Shown piece after piece: positions 12,213 to 25,600 of a DNA stretch of 64,000 nucleotides (the first letter of the stretch is position 1; each line of letters opens with the position of its first letter). The translations under genes and the position numbers were made by a program. The DNA comes from Laetmonice hystrix (taxonomy: Eukaryota). The DNA is taken from contig OZ249436.1 of the NCBI GenBank assembly GCA_965235115.1, forward strand, positions 34,720,001 through 34,784,000, in the 5' to 3' direction. The notes beneath the pieces are model-generated. The model had not been told where the DNA came from. It saw only the letters and a program-made list of their open reading frames with translations, and searched no databases.

Positions 12213-15200
12213 GGGTTACCATTGAGTTTATAATTATAAATTCAGGTATCGTCCTTTCTTCGTTTCTCCAATATCTCATATCCATTGAGTCCATGTAGTG
12301 TCACAGCACAGGCTGAGCGCCGTCATTCAGTTAGAACACCTAGCAGGTCATGCTAGAACACCCAGCAGGTCATCAGCAAACATCACTGACTGAATGGAAT
12401 CGTGCGCGATTTTAAAGCAGGTGTGATTGACAGGCTCGAAGCGTAGTGGACTGTACATGACATTTCCGAAGTTTACAGAGAATCCTAATTAGTTGATATA
12501 CCACAAAGCTGTGTTTTCATTGGAATCACAGCCTTGTTGGTTTACAGAGCCGGGAGTGTTTGAGGGGCAGCTCTCCACACAACTTAAACTGACAGTTTAT
12601 ACACTGGGATGCTACAGTGGACCCACTCATCTTTATGTGCGCTTAATATTATAACGAGGGCATTATATCACCATTTTGACCGTAGAATTACAATGTGTGA
12701 ATCTTTTATGTTTTGGGGAGAGATTTGAGGGATGAGACTGAATTTGTCTCGTTACAGCCTTCCCATCAAGGTACCGTGGAAAAGTAATTGCGTGGGGAGG
12801 GGGCTAAGCATTTGCGGGGGGGGGGGGGACTCTACAATTCTGTTCTATGGAAACCCGTTTAGTATGGAAGATCTCATTGCTCAACAGCTTCCACGAATGA
12901 TACTGCTTCCTCAAGTTTGTTTTTATAGGCCTATATACGTTTTTAGCAAGAATATTTCTTCTTTCCCATGCAGGCAATTAAAAATACCTCTTAAAGAAAG
13001 TCTTGTCGGATATATGCGCCGTAGTAGGTTTACACTAATCGTGAGATGCGGTTCTTTGCTTGAAGCAAACCTGTCAACCTGTCACAGTCGTCAACATCTG
13101 GGACCTTCCAACAGCCAGTCCTCCCCAACACAAACAATGTTGTTCACAGCCAACTTCAGTCAGAGTACTCTCCTGACCTCCCGCTTGCTCCAGGCTTTGC
13201 CGCGTCATTGATCTATTTATTTAACAAGGAACCCCCACAGGTGTCGGCCATTGTCTTAGATAGCACCTTTTATTGTTGCTGAAACCATGAGAGCATTGTG
13301 CCAGGTCGCTACGCCTTGCAGGTGTGTGGATCAGGTAAAGTAACTGAAGTGCTTCCACCCTAATGCCTTTTGCCCGTGCTTGGGTGCACTGGGCGGGACA
13401 GGCTGGGGGCCCTGATGGGGTAACTCAGATGCCAGGGTTTGAAGTGTCAAACGCGCTGGCATTGTAGCTTTCTGATTAGCTGTAGCCCGCAGGTGAGCAG
13501 TTTAGTGGCCAAAAGATGCGTTGAGCTGCTTCTGAAATGTTAAAAAATGTGTTATCATTACAAGGGAAGTCAAAACGCAGCAAGCAACTCTTGAGCGACG
13601 AACGTTGTCTTGGTGACGTTTGTGACGGCCCGTGAACAGCTCAGTAGTGCGTGCCACTTGGGGTGACGCCCGCCCCTAACGCCGCACAAATTTAAGCGGG
13701 CCAGGCAATGCATCATGGGACCGTCCTATATGTGTCACCCTGGCCTGGCCGCGTTCCTGTCCAGTGCACATGGACCTAGTTTTCAATTTTAAATGTCTCA
13801 CCGTGTTGACAAATGCTGGATCTTTACAAGCCGATACTAACCCTACGCGGAATCGACAGGTAAGCCCTGATCAGTTGATGAAAATAGTTTGAAATGTTTA
13901 GCGTTCACCAGTCTTGATGTGCGGCACACTTTGCAAGTTTTGCGGCTGAACCACTTTGGATCCGTCTCCGACTGGAAGGTGTGCTTGCGGGAGTAGGTTT
14001 ACATTTAGGCCTAGTCGGGAGGTGGCGTTGGGTCTCGGACTTCAAGGGGAGGGGGGTGTTCAAGGCAAGGTAGCATTGTATGGCGAAAGTAGGCCTCCAG
14101 AGTACACAAAGATGTTGTTAGCCTCAGGGGCTGTCGTACAGCGCCAGCCGGAGGCGACTACTATAGCTATACAGTACAGTTACTGACAATGCAGACTTGA
14201 ACAGATAGTCAAGTTACAAAGGCTTATTCCGTGCATCAGGCAGCCCAGAGTCATTGTACTGGGGTGTTATAAGAACCTTATTGTGGCTTACATAACCTCA
14301 AATCAGGCGTTTGTCCTCCCCTATCTGGGGAGAGCATAGGGTATCTGCAGTCGGCAACAGATTTAAATGTTTCGACAGAGCACCGGGGGAGGGAGGGGGC
14401 CCTTATTATGTAGAAAAAAAATCAAGGTGCTCAAGTCAAGTGGAAAAGTAGTTAAGCTATTAATACCATCATGTAATTATCATTATCCACAGATAGATTG
14501 ATGGTCGTTGGTGGGTACCTGACGACAGCACTGCGTCTGAGAGCCAAGTAGCGTCTCTCTGACATACTTTTTGTCCTCTTTTTCTAACCTCTTTTTTACT
14601 TTGATCTAAACACATTTTAGGCAAATTGCGAAAATTTGACCAAAACTCCTGTTCAGTCTTACCCATGCTAACGGACAACAAGGACTGCACTTAAATAGCT
14701 TACGACTTTGCTTTTTGACAGATATGTACATACATTTACTCAGTGAAATCGTAAGACAGAAGGATCTGAAGAGCAGAACAAAAGGGGGAACGTACTGGGC
14801 GCATCTCAATTGGCAGAGACGTGTGCACCAACCTCGTGCCCCAGGGGGGTGCTAAGGAGCAAGTGATTAACAGCACATGTCAAAAGTATGGGTGTGTCAC
14901 TCCAGGGCAGAGAGGCGGCTTGGCACGAGTTGTAAGTACTCACTCTGCACGGTTTTCATATACAAAAGGTGCACCCTACCATTGTTTGTATTTATTTACC
15001 AGGAATGACTGCCACATGTTTTTTTGTAAGTTGATGTTGTATTCGTTTATTGCTGCATTTTCTTACGCAGTGTCCAAAATGAAGTCACCGGACATGCGAT
15101 GTCCTATATTTGCAGGGTGTTTTTTCTTGGGGTGAGTTGGTTAATTTTTGTTAAATTTGAATGCAAGGGTCTGGGGTGCCTCAAGCCTTTTCAAGCATCC

Positions 15201-18200
15201 TAGTCCAACCAAAATGATATTCTATGGAATATTTGTCGCTTGACATAGAAAATCAGGCAAATCGCGCAGAACAAATGACATATGTTGTTTGAATCTCCAT
15301 GAAATGAAATAAAAACGGGTGTAGATACAGAACTGGTGAGGGGGGGACTTCTTGAACCCTCCCCCGGATCTAGTATTGGTAATGGATCAAATACACCATG
15401 TTTCGTGAGGCAGATGGGTGTGGCGGATGAAGTTTGAAACATTGGGTGTGTGTTATAAGATCATGTTGTCTATTACCGACAGCATCCTCATTGTGATCGC
15501 TCCAAGGTCCTGATGTCCCATCGTAAGTCACAGAGACCGCCCAGCATGGTTTCCATCACATGATGATATTCTGCCCAAATGTCTTTTTGGGAGTGTGTGA
15601 AATCCTGGAAGATCTGTCATATGCTTTAGTATACAGACATGTTGTACACACAGACACGCCCCACTGTGTTACAACGTGATTGCGTGTCCCAAGAGAAGAA
15701 AATCTGAGATAACTTAAAACTTTAGTGGGGGAATCTCATGAAATCTCATGAAAGGATGTCAATTAATTTAAATAGATTTTGTCCGACTTTTGATAAATCT
15801 TTTCATCATTTTATGCGAAGCAGCACCAAGATTATATCATTTTGCAATCAGTACAAAGCTTGACCATCACGAATAACATGTATAAGGTGGTAGTATAATA
15901 TACATATATCAAATAGAAAGAGACACAGCCATTTCACACTGTGGATGACCTCACACTTAGACTAGCCTGCTGGTTGTGGGGGATTTTTCCAGAACCCGTC
16001 ATTGTGGATATTGATAATTTTGTTAATTGCCTGTATGCACAATATGACAACGTGACTGATATGATACCTGCATAAATTAGTCATAGCATGGTGATGATTA
16101 AATGTGCAATCGATTTTATTATCTCCAACCGTTATGTAGCTGGTAATATAATGTTGGATGGAGTATAGAATAAATGATGCTGGCTGGAACACTCTGCGTC
16201 AACAGTATGAAAAGCTATCAATTCCCTCATGGATTTCCCCCGCCTCTCACTGTGATAAGGGGATACCCAAAATTAGCGGTAGTTCAAGTTGAGACTGCTG
16301 CCACTAGGTGTCACTGCATGCGCTGTTCCATTATACAGTGTACCTTCATTCATACCAATTGTAAAGGCATTGTTCTAATGCAGCAACTTAAAGCTGGACT
16401 ATTCCAAATGGGATGGAACATAATATGATTGCTTTGGTGTTACATGGTTATTTGTATTCTGGCAGTTCGATTGAACAAAAGGCACCCTTGGGCCGATAAC
16501 CAAGTGAGTGGAACAAATACGAAATTGCTTCATAGAAGCAAGCATGCAAGGCCTTGCAAGGATGAGGAAGTCCAGTGATATTATTGGAGGAACATTAATT
16601 CAGCTGATAATAAAGGAGACCATTGATAACATGTTGATTAAACAACGGGTTGATGCGGACAAGACGAATTGGATACATAAATGCACTTCCGTGAATTACG
16701 TCATGTCAGTGAATTTACACTGTAAAACATTAGTGTGGTAAATAACACACGCCCTTCTAGGTTTACTCTCATGCGAAAAAAGAGACGAATGAAATTATTT
16801 AAATGAAATTAACCTTTCGTGACTGTGGTAAAAAAAAACTAACTTGGGGCGCCGAGTGGCACGGTGCCAGTATTAGTGATGTCACACCTCGTGAAACTCA
16901 ACCCTCGGGGGAAAAAGCTGTCTGAGTGAGCTGCGCAAAAGGGCACTTGTATGTTTTCTGTATATCGTTTTATTTTACACCACGCAGTCTTAGCTCTGTA
17001 AGGCACGCCCGCCAGTAGCACTATTTTATAGTTAGAAACCCCTTTCAGAGTTATGACCTGCATCCAAGATTCTGCTGGGACCAAAGTGTTTGTGGTTCAT
17101 CTAACTTTCAGAGCATAGGTTCTGTCTAGAACTATACGGCCCAGAATAACTAAAATTGGTTTGTTTTGGTCCTCAGGTCGATGGTGACTTTCATAGTCAT
17201 TTGAACAGGAAGAAAGACATCTAGGGGATGGCCACACTGATAGGAAGGGCATTTGTCACCATGATACGGGTCTCTGTAAACAAAGGAACACATTCCAGTA
17301 GTGTATGTGCCATACATAATGTAAACACCCAGAGTTAGCTGCGGGTTTGTCCCCAAGCAAGTCCAGAGTGATAATGAGGAGAATGTGGACAGACGTGAAA
17401 ACTAGCCACGTTTCCTGAGGGGTAGCCTCCTGTCCGGCAGGTCGTTTGCAGTGTGACCCCCTTGGCTGAGGTTCCTACAAGTGATGAATGACCGTCCAGG
17501 GCCTGACCCCCCCTGGTCTGAGTCCTGTCCCAGCTACCCCGACTACATCATGCAGTTGCCAAACGTTCGGTTTCAAGTTGAACTGAAGCTCACAAAGAAG
17601 TATCAACGTTTTGTCCTGTCAAACTGTGAAGACCAGTGGGCGAGGAGTGAATAATGGCTGACTCGGCGGATTCTAACCCCAAGCTTCTTTTGAGTTTGGT
17701 CAGTGAAGGGAAAAGTGAGAAATGGCAAAAGTTAGCATTGTATTTATAGAGAACCACAGATCAATCCACCCACCCGTTAAAAAAGAGGGGGAATTCCAGG
17801 CCTTGGGTGAATATATCCTAGGACAATTTACGGGAGCAGAGTGGTTATGGCAGAGACTTGGCGATACTTGTGTAACGGATACACTTTATCCCAAGATTCA
17901 TCTTACTTTAGAGCCCCTGAGTGTTTGTAAGGGGGGAGATAAAAAGAAGTTATGAAGGATTGGACGCCCGCAGAGCTCAAACAGGTGAGAGCCCTGTCTA
18001 TATAGCAGGACGAGATGGTAGATAAATCATAGACGCCTTTAATGTGGCTAGGTGTGCAGCAGGTCAGCGTGTCTGCAGCAGGTCACCGTTCAGGGCCTGC
18101 AGTTGTCGTGTCGCAGGTTGAGGGAGGTCATGTCTTGGCGTGTGGCGCTGTGCTGCAGGCGGGGCAACAGGACGCGAGCCGCACGCCTAAAGATGGCGGG

Positions 18201-19450
18201 ACCGGCCGGGCGGCAGGCAGGCTGTCGTCTGCCAAACTCCACCCCCCTCCCCTTCTCCACAATTGGCATTTACTTGTACGGCCGTTGTCCCTATATGTGG
18301 CAGCTCTGCCAACCATGACAGCTCCATCTCGGGACTGGGCATTTACCACCTTATGCTTTCATAAATTTCAAGAGCTTCCTGGCTCTTTTAAAACACACCG
18401 TGGGAATTTAGTGTTCTATTATTATAAACAAGATATACTGCCTCTTTGGTGTGTTGGTATTTTTATTGGGATATGGTATGGGTATGACTGTGGCTGGTAC
18501 CAGGTTTGATGTAAAGTCGACTATGTTGGATTGCATGGCTGGCAACCATAAATGTACGGAGGTAATTTCTTTCTCGTGTTATACTATTTGGCATGGGGAT
18601 CGAGGATGGTATAGCTGCCCATATATTGAATACGAGGGGTATTGTTAACTGTCAGGGGGAAAACCCGTCCCGGACAAAACAGCTACAGAAACGGCTCCAT
18701 GTGTAGGTTATTTTAAAAAAGGCCAACATGATTTCTCTGTCGTATACTATAGTCTCGGTCCTGCACAGAATATTATGATGCTACCATGCTTGCATGTTTA
18801 CAGTTGACAGGTGAGCATATGAGGGTGTCATGGTAGGAGCTAGCAGAGTTTGTACAAGGCTCCTCAGGCGTTGTGGTTAGAGTACTCATGGAGATTTATC
18901 GCTTAAATTTAAAATTTAAAAGTGTGTGTGTGGGGGGTAGGGGGGGGAACAATGCATGTGAAAGCCTCTGCCTGCATGTATTAAGAATCAAGTAAATAAT
19001 GCGAAACTGGTTAAATAATGGTACCGTCGATATTTCTCTCAAATCTTGATACATGTAGTTGTAAACATATAGCATGATTATGGTTTGGATTTTAATAAAA
19101 ACTGCTACATATTTAATGGTTTTCTCTTAGAACTGCAGACAGCCATTTACATGTATATGGAAACCATAATGCGAGTATCTTTCAATGAAGTGACTATAAC
19201 TAATGATAATTACGTGTAGAATGATAAACATACCATTATTGGAAGAGTATTTCGTTTTTTTTTACGTTTTGAATACAGATCATCAGAATATTTGCAAAGG
19301 AAAATGATTTAGGAAAAGAATATTTCGAATACATTAGATTTCTGATGGTCCTCTTTCAAAGAGTCCTTTCAAGTTAACGATGTCAAACTTATATGTAATG
19401 AGGTCAAATGGGTGGAAATACCAATTTCCTCCTCCTTAAAGCTACAGGTT

Positions 19451-19620
19451 CAGGAGCGAATCCCGGATTTTGGAAAGGAGAGGGTACTCTCTGGAGACAG
19501 AATGAATAAATGTACACAAGTTAACCATTTTGCTCCGTGGATAGTAAACATGCTTTGAAACGAAAGTGGTATCAGGTGTTGGAGAGAAAACACAAAAGGG
19601 ACCTGCAATAAATCAGAAGC
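19451..19620 (+). mobile_element. G/C-run repeat family fragment, 5' end
   Basis: Starts CAGGAGCGAATCCCGGATTTTGGAAAGG, similar to the reverse complement of the AAATCCTGGATCC termini elsewhere. The right boundary is approximate. Confidence 0.35.
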
Positions 19621-22600
19621 CTTTTTAGCGAAATTGTCTTACGGTAGCTGATTGCAAATTACTCAAGAGGAACGTCCATTCAGTACCCATTTGGACGTAA
19701 TGTTTTGAGTTGTTAGCATGACGATTTTCTTTGATCATGTGTTATGTGGCCGTAGTATATAGATTTATCATAGTTACACATATATCTTTTTAAGCATATA
19801 TTCTTGCAGTAAGAACAGTCATGGAAGGGGAACAGTATAGGTGGTCACTTAGATCGCAATCTCTCTTTGTTCTTTCGATATCTTCGGGATGGGCACACTT
19901 GTATTGAGTAGGCGTATCGATGAACTTTGGCATTAGAACTCCACAATCTTTACTAAAATTCGACTTTAATAATGATACTTTAATAATGATACTTAAGATC
20001 AACGACCAGAAAAGGGTAAAACTGGGGGGGGGGACTAAAGTATTATACAAATAAATAACACATGTAGGCCTATATGGGCACAGTGTGGATTGTGTAAAAG
20101 GTGTTGTTATTACCGTTTTATATCACGACACTATACGTTAGCTATAGGCAAACATCAAAGCTGTGCCTTCCCCTCCTGTGGCTCGGCTGGCTGACTGCTG
20201 TGTAATCAAGTAATTAAATAGTTTGGACAGTCAGCTGTTCAAACTGCTACCACCACTAAACAGATCAGCGACGTGTCGCTGCATCTCTCATGGAAAGCCA
20301 TCACATGATTGGCGGAACAGATAAATGTTGAAATCTGCTCTTGTATATGGTTTCAGTTTGTGGATATTATGTGCCAAGCGCAGTGTAGATTCAATTTATA
20401 TAGAAAGTGATTCATTGGCCCGGGAAAAATGAGTAATCAACACTTATAAATAGACCAGAGTCACAGTAATGAATGTAGTATTTTGGTCGAAATCGTGGGC
20501 CTTCAGTGACAATGAGACCTGTAGGCTTATTCACTCACAAAGTTTACTTTATTAACAAAGTTTATCTGCGCATTTCTATGTGAGGTAAATGTCTGCCTTC
20601 TTGCCCCTGAGCCGCTTGTATTTGTGTGAACAGCAATTTGCTTAGTTGTTCCCATATCTCAAATAGGAGTGTTATGTACCAGTTGGCTCAATTTGTTACG
20701 AGAAATCGATAAAACGTTATGTTTAATTGTTTTTCCTCTGAAAATCTTACCCATGGAGTGCTTGTACTTGCTGCCTGCAGTTCCCTGTTACTGCCAAAGA
20801 CTGGGTGCTACCCACTGAGAAGACAGATGGACACCACCTGCTTACAACACCAGAACAAGGAAGGTTGTATAGTAAAGCTACAAGCGCCATGCAGCGTTCT
20901 ATATAGAGGAACCCCCATCAGCGCCTCATTAAGATCAGTTGTAATTGTACGAGGGGGATGAGCCACATGACTAGAAGCCGGTCGGCGATTGGCTGAGTGG
21001 CCATGGGCGGCTAGGCCAGCGCGGCATGAGTGATAGCTCAGTCTACTAGTAGCACTAAGCATACACACGCTTGGCCCTGGCACAATGCGGCAGACAAGGT
21101 AGTTTTCTAGGGCAACTTAGGATGGCCTGTGACCAGTGTTGTTGTGAGTCAGGATCCATCAGCAGGTTTACTTCCATATAGGGCGCCTACCACGCACGGC
21201 CGCCCTGCAAACAGGATCTTTAAACTGAAGTGTGCCCATCAGTTTCACTACGTACTATAGTATGGGGATGAGGGCACAGTGCGGGCGGGCGCACCACCAC
21301 AGCAGTTGTAAGGGTTGGTTCCTACAGTGAACCCGACGCAACCAAGAAACATCGGCGCGCGGAGTACTTTTATCAGTGCACTACACGGAGTACAATCATT
21401 CAACCCAAGATTATTACTGGGTATATACCCTCCACCGATCAGGTGGGAGGACGTGAGACCATCTCTGCACAGGCCGAGGATACTTTGTATGGATTAAGTG
21501 AAAGTTAATGGATTATGTAGAACGGTACGTGTTGTGTGCATCTTGGGATATACGTACCTGTGCTGTGGCTTCTTCAGTTCAGTTCAAACACGAATTGCCT
21601 AGCCAGCACTGACTGAGTCAGTGTAGGTGGGAACAGCCTACAAGGTGAGTGCCTTCTCGACTACCATACTCCTCCTGACCAGCTAACCCAGATGGTGATG
21701 TGGAGACGCGTCCCACACATTGCACCCAAATGTAGACGTGGTTCCCCCTCCTGAATACTCTCGCGGCTGGCGCTACTAACTGACGCGCCACAATATCTTG
21801 ACTTTGGAGTTAAGTAAAGTCAAGAAATTATATAGAAGTGGAACTTAGTTAGACTAGTTCGAAGAAAACTAAGTTTCTGTTGGGAACCAAGTTGTCTTGG
21901 TAATGCTTTTAGCAAGGCATTTTGTGCACTGTCTTATGTTCAAAAATGTGTAATTATTGAAACAGGTGTGAAATACTGAAAAGATTAAAATGTTCCGGGC
22001 CTAGTAGTTCAGACATATTTTTCCTAGTAATAATGTCTGAATGTACCTTGTAATCCATGTCTGAGTCAACATTCCCAGAATTGTGTGAAAGGATTAGATC
22101 TGGCATCAAACGGGCAGGCCTACCTCTCATGACGCCACTGCCGTGTCAGAAGGGGGCAGGCATTGAGAGAGGATTAAACTTTCCTTGGATGTTTTGTCGT
22201 TGGCGACGGTCAGTAATATTTCAAGTAAACTGTGCAGATCCCCGTGTCAATTATACAGACATATTGTATTTTCTTCATGACATACAAGGTGCAATACTGG
22301 AAAGAGATTTCAATGTGCAATATGAGATACAAACGTACATGTATGCAGACCTGTGGGAAACCAGTGGAGCAAGACAAGGTACCAGTTAGTTGTATATAGT
22401 CCTACAGGTATCCCAGAAGGCTTGATGTACTATATCTGCCTCCAGACCATGAACCTGGTCTAAAGGGGAAGGTTTTTTTCAGGGTACCTCCTTGCCGATC
22501 AAGGCACGGCTACTTGAGTTTCCATATGTATTTTAGTACCATGAATGATGATGGAAGCGTCAGGATAAAAGAAACTTATTTACAAGGGATAAAGAAATGG

Positions 22601-25600
22601 CCAAATTTCCATTTTCAAAATAAGCAGTGCTGTCATGAAAGTGTAAGATCAATTAATATAGCAGTTTGATTAAATTTGGGTTTCAGACGGAGGCTTTTCA
22701 TATTTTCAGTTGTGCCTTTCCAAGTGTAACGTGTATCCATGGCAATGGTGGGGTGTCCCGTGCAGTATGTAGTATTAATCCCATACTGTACACAATACAG
22801 TACTGGATGTGTTATGTCACATCCAATTGATACAGCTCCCGAAGGAACAGCAGCAGATATTCATGGACAGGTTTCATCATATTAGTATTAATGTCGATTC
22901 TTGTCATCGTATTGTATTGGAAATGAAGTCTGGGGCCGTGTCCTTAATCATAGATGTCCATCCAGTAGTGAAGTTTCTTGCATTCATTTATTCATGAACA
23001 ATATCATGCCACATTGGGCTTAGGCCTACTTGTAGTGTAGTCTGATTCTGAATGCAATGCATGAACAGTCGATGCCGGATAGTCGTGGGTCGCTAGGGCT
23101 GAGTCAGAGAATAGGTTCATCTTGTAACTAAACTGAATACTGTCAAGGACAAGGGGGAACTAAGATACATGTAGTTGCCTACGTTACCGCCAGAGCCTGT
23201 CTAGTTCTGTATAGGCCAATTATATCATTCCAGGTTCCCGCATTCCTTTCTCACCTCAGTTTCAACATAAAGGGTTCTCTTACTATGGAATTCGGTCAGA
23301 TCTGGAATCGTTATTATAAAGTTATGCGGATGTTTGAAAAATAAGTCAACAACATCCTTCAGTGTAATTTGCCAGAAAGAATTTGGTTGGTGTATTAAAA
23401 CCCATCTTTATGAATTATGTTGTCCTGTGATAGTTGGGTCTTTCGAATTCCACCATGGATCTTGATCAAATTCTTATTGAATTAAATTCTTAAATTAATC
23501 ATTTTAACCAGTGTTTTTCAATTGGAAGGTAATCAAAGAAGTTTAAGTTTGCGTTGTTTTAAAGCAATTAAATGTACCGGTCTGTATCAAATTTGGGCAC
23601 GGAAGCTCATGCACCATTCTTATTTATCACAAGATTGGCTTCCTCGAAATGATGGCCTCGCGGTGTCTCCGGCACGTTCTGGAGCTTTCCTTAATTTGTC
23701 AAGGGTGTGAAGTATGGTTTCTGGTTCTGCTTGCAGTGTTTGAAGGAAGGAAGCCGGGAAGAGAGCAGTGCTGGCCGTGAGGCCATAAGGACATACTTGT
23801 AGCGTCCACTCACGCCATAGAATGGATCACCTGTGTACTGAACACCGTGTACAGTGTCCACGGACAGTGCAGCACAGCACCAGGAGCAGCAACAGGAGAA
23901 GGAGTAGAAACAGCCAGCCGACCTCCTGGTCCTACAGACAATGTCTTTCCTCCAGTCTCATTCTCTGCTTTCTCCACTGTTTGGATTATGTACACTCGTG
24001 GCAAACAGATCTGGACCCCCTAACGACCGTCAACATCTCAGGTAAGATTTCCAATTGTATAATTTTAGTCTTGTCTGGTTTTGTTCACAGTGAAGCAACA
24101 GGTAAACAAAGGACATGGTTCACAGCTGGCCCCTGGGTCCTTTTGTTTTTACTTACTGTAGTTTATTGATGAATTCAAATGTTCCTTTGTTTTCGCAAAG
24201 AAACCTGCAGACGTGAATCGTTTTTCAAGGAAGATTGGTATATATTTGTTTTTTGTTATATGAACCCCCAAGACCACTGTTTTACTCATGGTCTGTGAAG
24301 CGTTTGACATATTTTGTATGGCATCAGTTTGGTAAAAAGGGGTTTTACCTTGGAACATAACATAAACTTGCCCTGTATCACAAGTGTAAGAATACTTCTA
24401 CTCTGAGGTGACCTTTGTGGAGGGAGAAGACATTTGTAGACCAGATTCTGTCAAGCCTCCTTGGTTAGGTGAGACAGCTTGTGTCTTGGCAATGGCTTCT
24501 TCTGTTGGCAGTGCACCAGACGATTCGGATGGAAAAGTTGTGACCTGGGGTAGAACTGGTACACAAACTGGAACACCTGCAACATCAGCTCGGGGTCGTA
24601 TGTACGCAATATGAAGCGTGTAGTTTTGAAGTGTCGTCCTGCAGTAGGCCATTGGTTGACTGTATGTCAGTATGAGTATGGGTAGCTGATGTGGTATCAT
24701 TACAAGTTCATGGTAATATCAAAATCTGGGGGAAAGTCTTTCCCGACATGATATTTTACTAACGTACAGCAAAGCCGGATAAAGAGTAAGGGATTCGTGG
24801 CAACTTGGATACTATTCTGCCCCAACATTTTGCTGATGCTTCATATCTCGAGCCGGTGGTTGGCAAATACAGGACCCACTACTGGGAAAAAGGCTGTGCG
24901 TATTACTCTTTTAGCAACTGATGAAGCACCCACCTACTTCTTTTAGATCAGCTTCACCAGCAAGCAACTCATAAAAACACTGCCAATAACTTGGACACTC
25001 CAAGTCCTACGAGTAGGAGAGACAGCTGCTGGAGTAGAGCAGATCTTACTGAGAAGAAAACACCTCGGGAATACGATTGACAAAAAAAGGTTGCCATTAT
25101 TAGACCAGTGGTACACACGAAGAAATAGTATAGTATTGTTGGTGTGCCCACTCGGTGTTTTGGTTCAGCCAAATGTCAAGCGCAGGTGGAGCTAGAGATT
25201 GTTTTGTCAGTTTTCCAGCGAGGTGGTTTCCAAAAGACTGTGTGGAAAATTGAAATGATTGCTCGACATTGAGAACAAAAGCAACACACGGAGGGACTGT
25301 CAGGTGGTTGTAAGGTACCGACCGAGATGACATATGGCATCAAAGAAAGGGCCGCAATGTGTGGCATAATCACAGCACCGGGCTAGACGTAACAGGCTAA
25401 CTCAGCTGCCAGTCAGCCTTAAAACGTGTAACGTGCGCTCATAAATATAGAACCAGACAATGGGTCATGCAAAAAACATATTTTGTAGTCCACGTTTCTG
25501 TCTGCTCTGAACAAGAATTATCGCAAGTGTGGTCCAAAATCATGACAGGGACCATGTGTTGTTATATAGGTTTATCACAGGATCATGTGATGTTCATGGT

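Noticed and set aside
12732-13211. 159-aa ORF
   Set aside because: It runs through a G homopolymer and a TAGGCCTA non-coding context and has no domain features.
16394-16420. LDYSKWDGT, resembling RdRp motif A (DYSKWD) of picorna/calici-like viruses
   Set aside because: It is flanked by in-frame stops at 16376 and 16421, and I found no motif B or GDD downstream. Probably coincidental; TBLASTX against viral sequences would settle it.
21033-21060. TAGCTCAG A-box-like motif (also near 48903), a possible tRNA
   Set aside because: No B-box at proper spacing and no cloverleaf.
24398-24700. S/T/P-rich 100-aa minus-strand ORF (mucin-like)
   Set aside because: No convincing splice donor, and alternative frames are similarly open, so it is uninformative.
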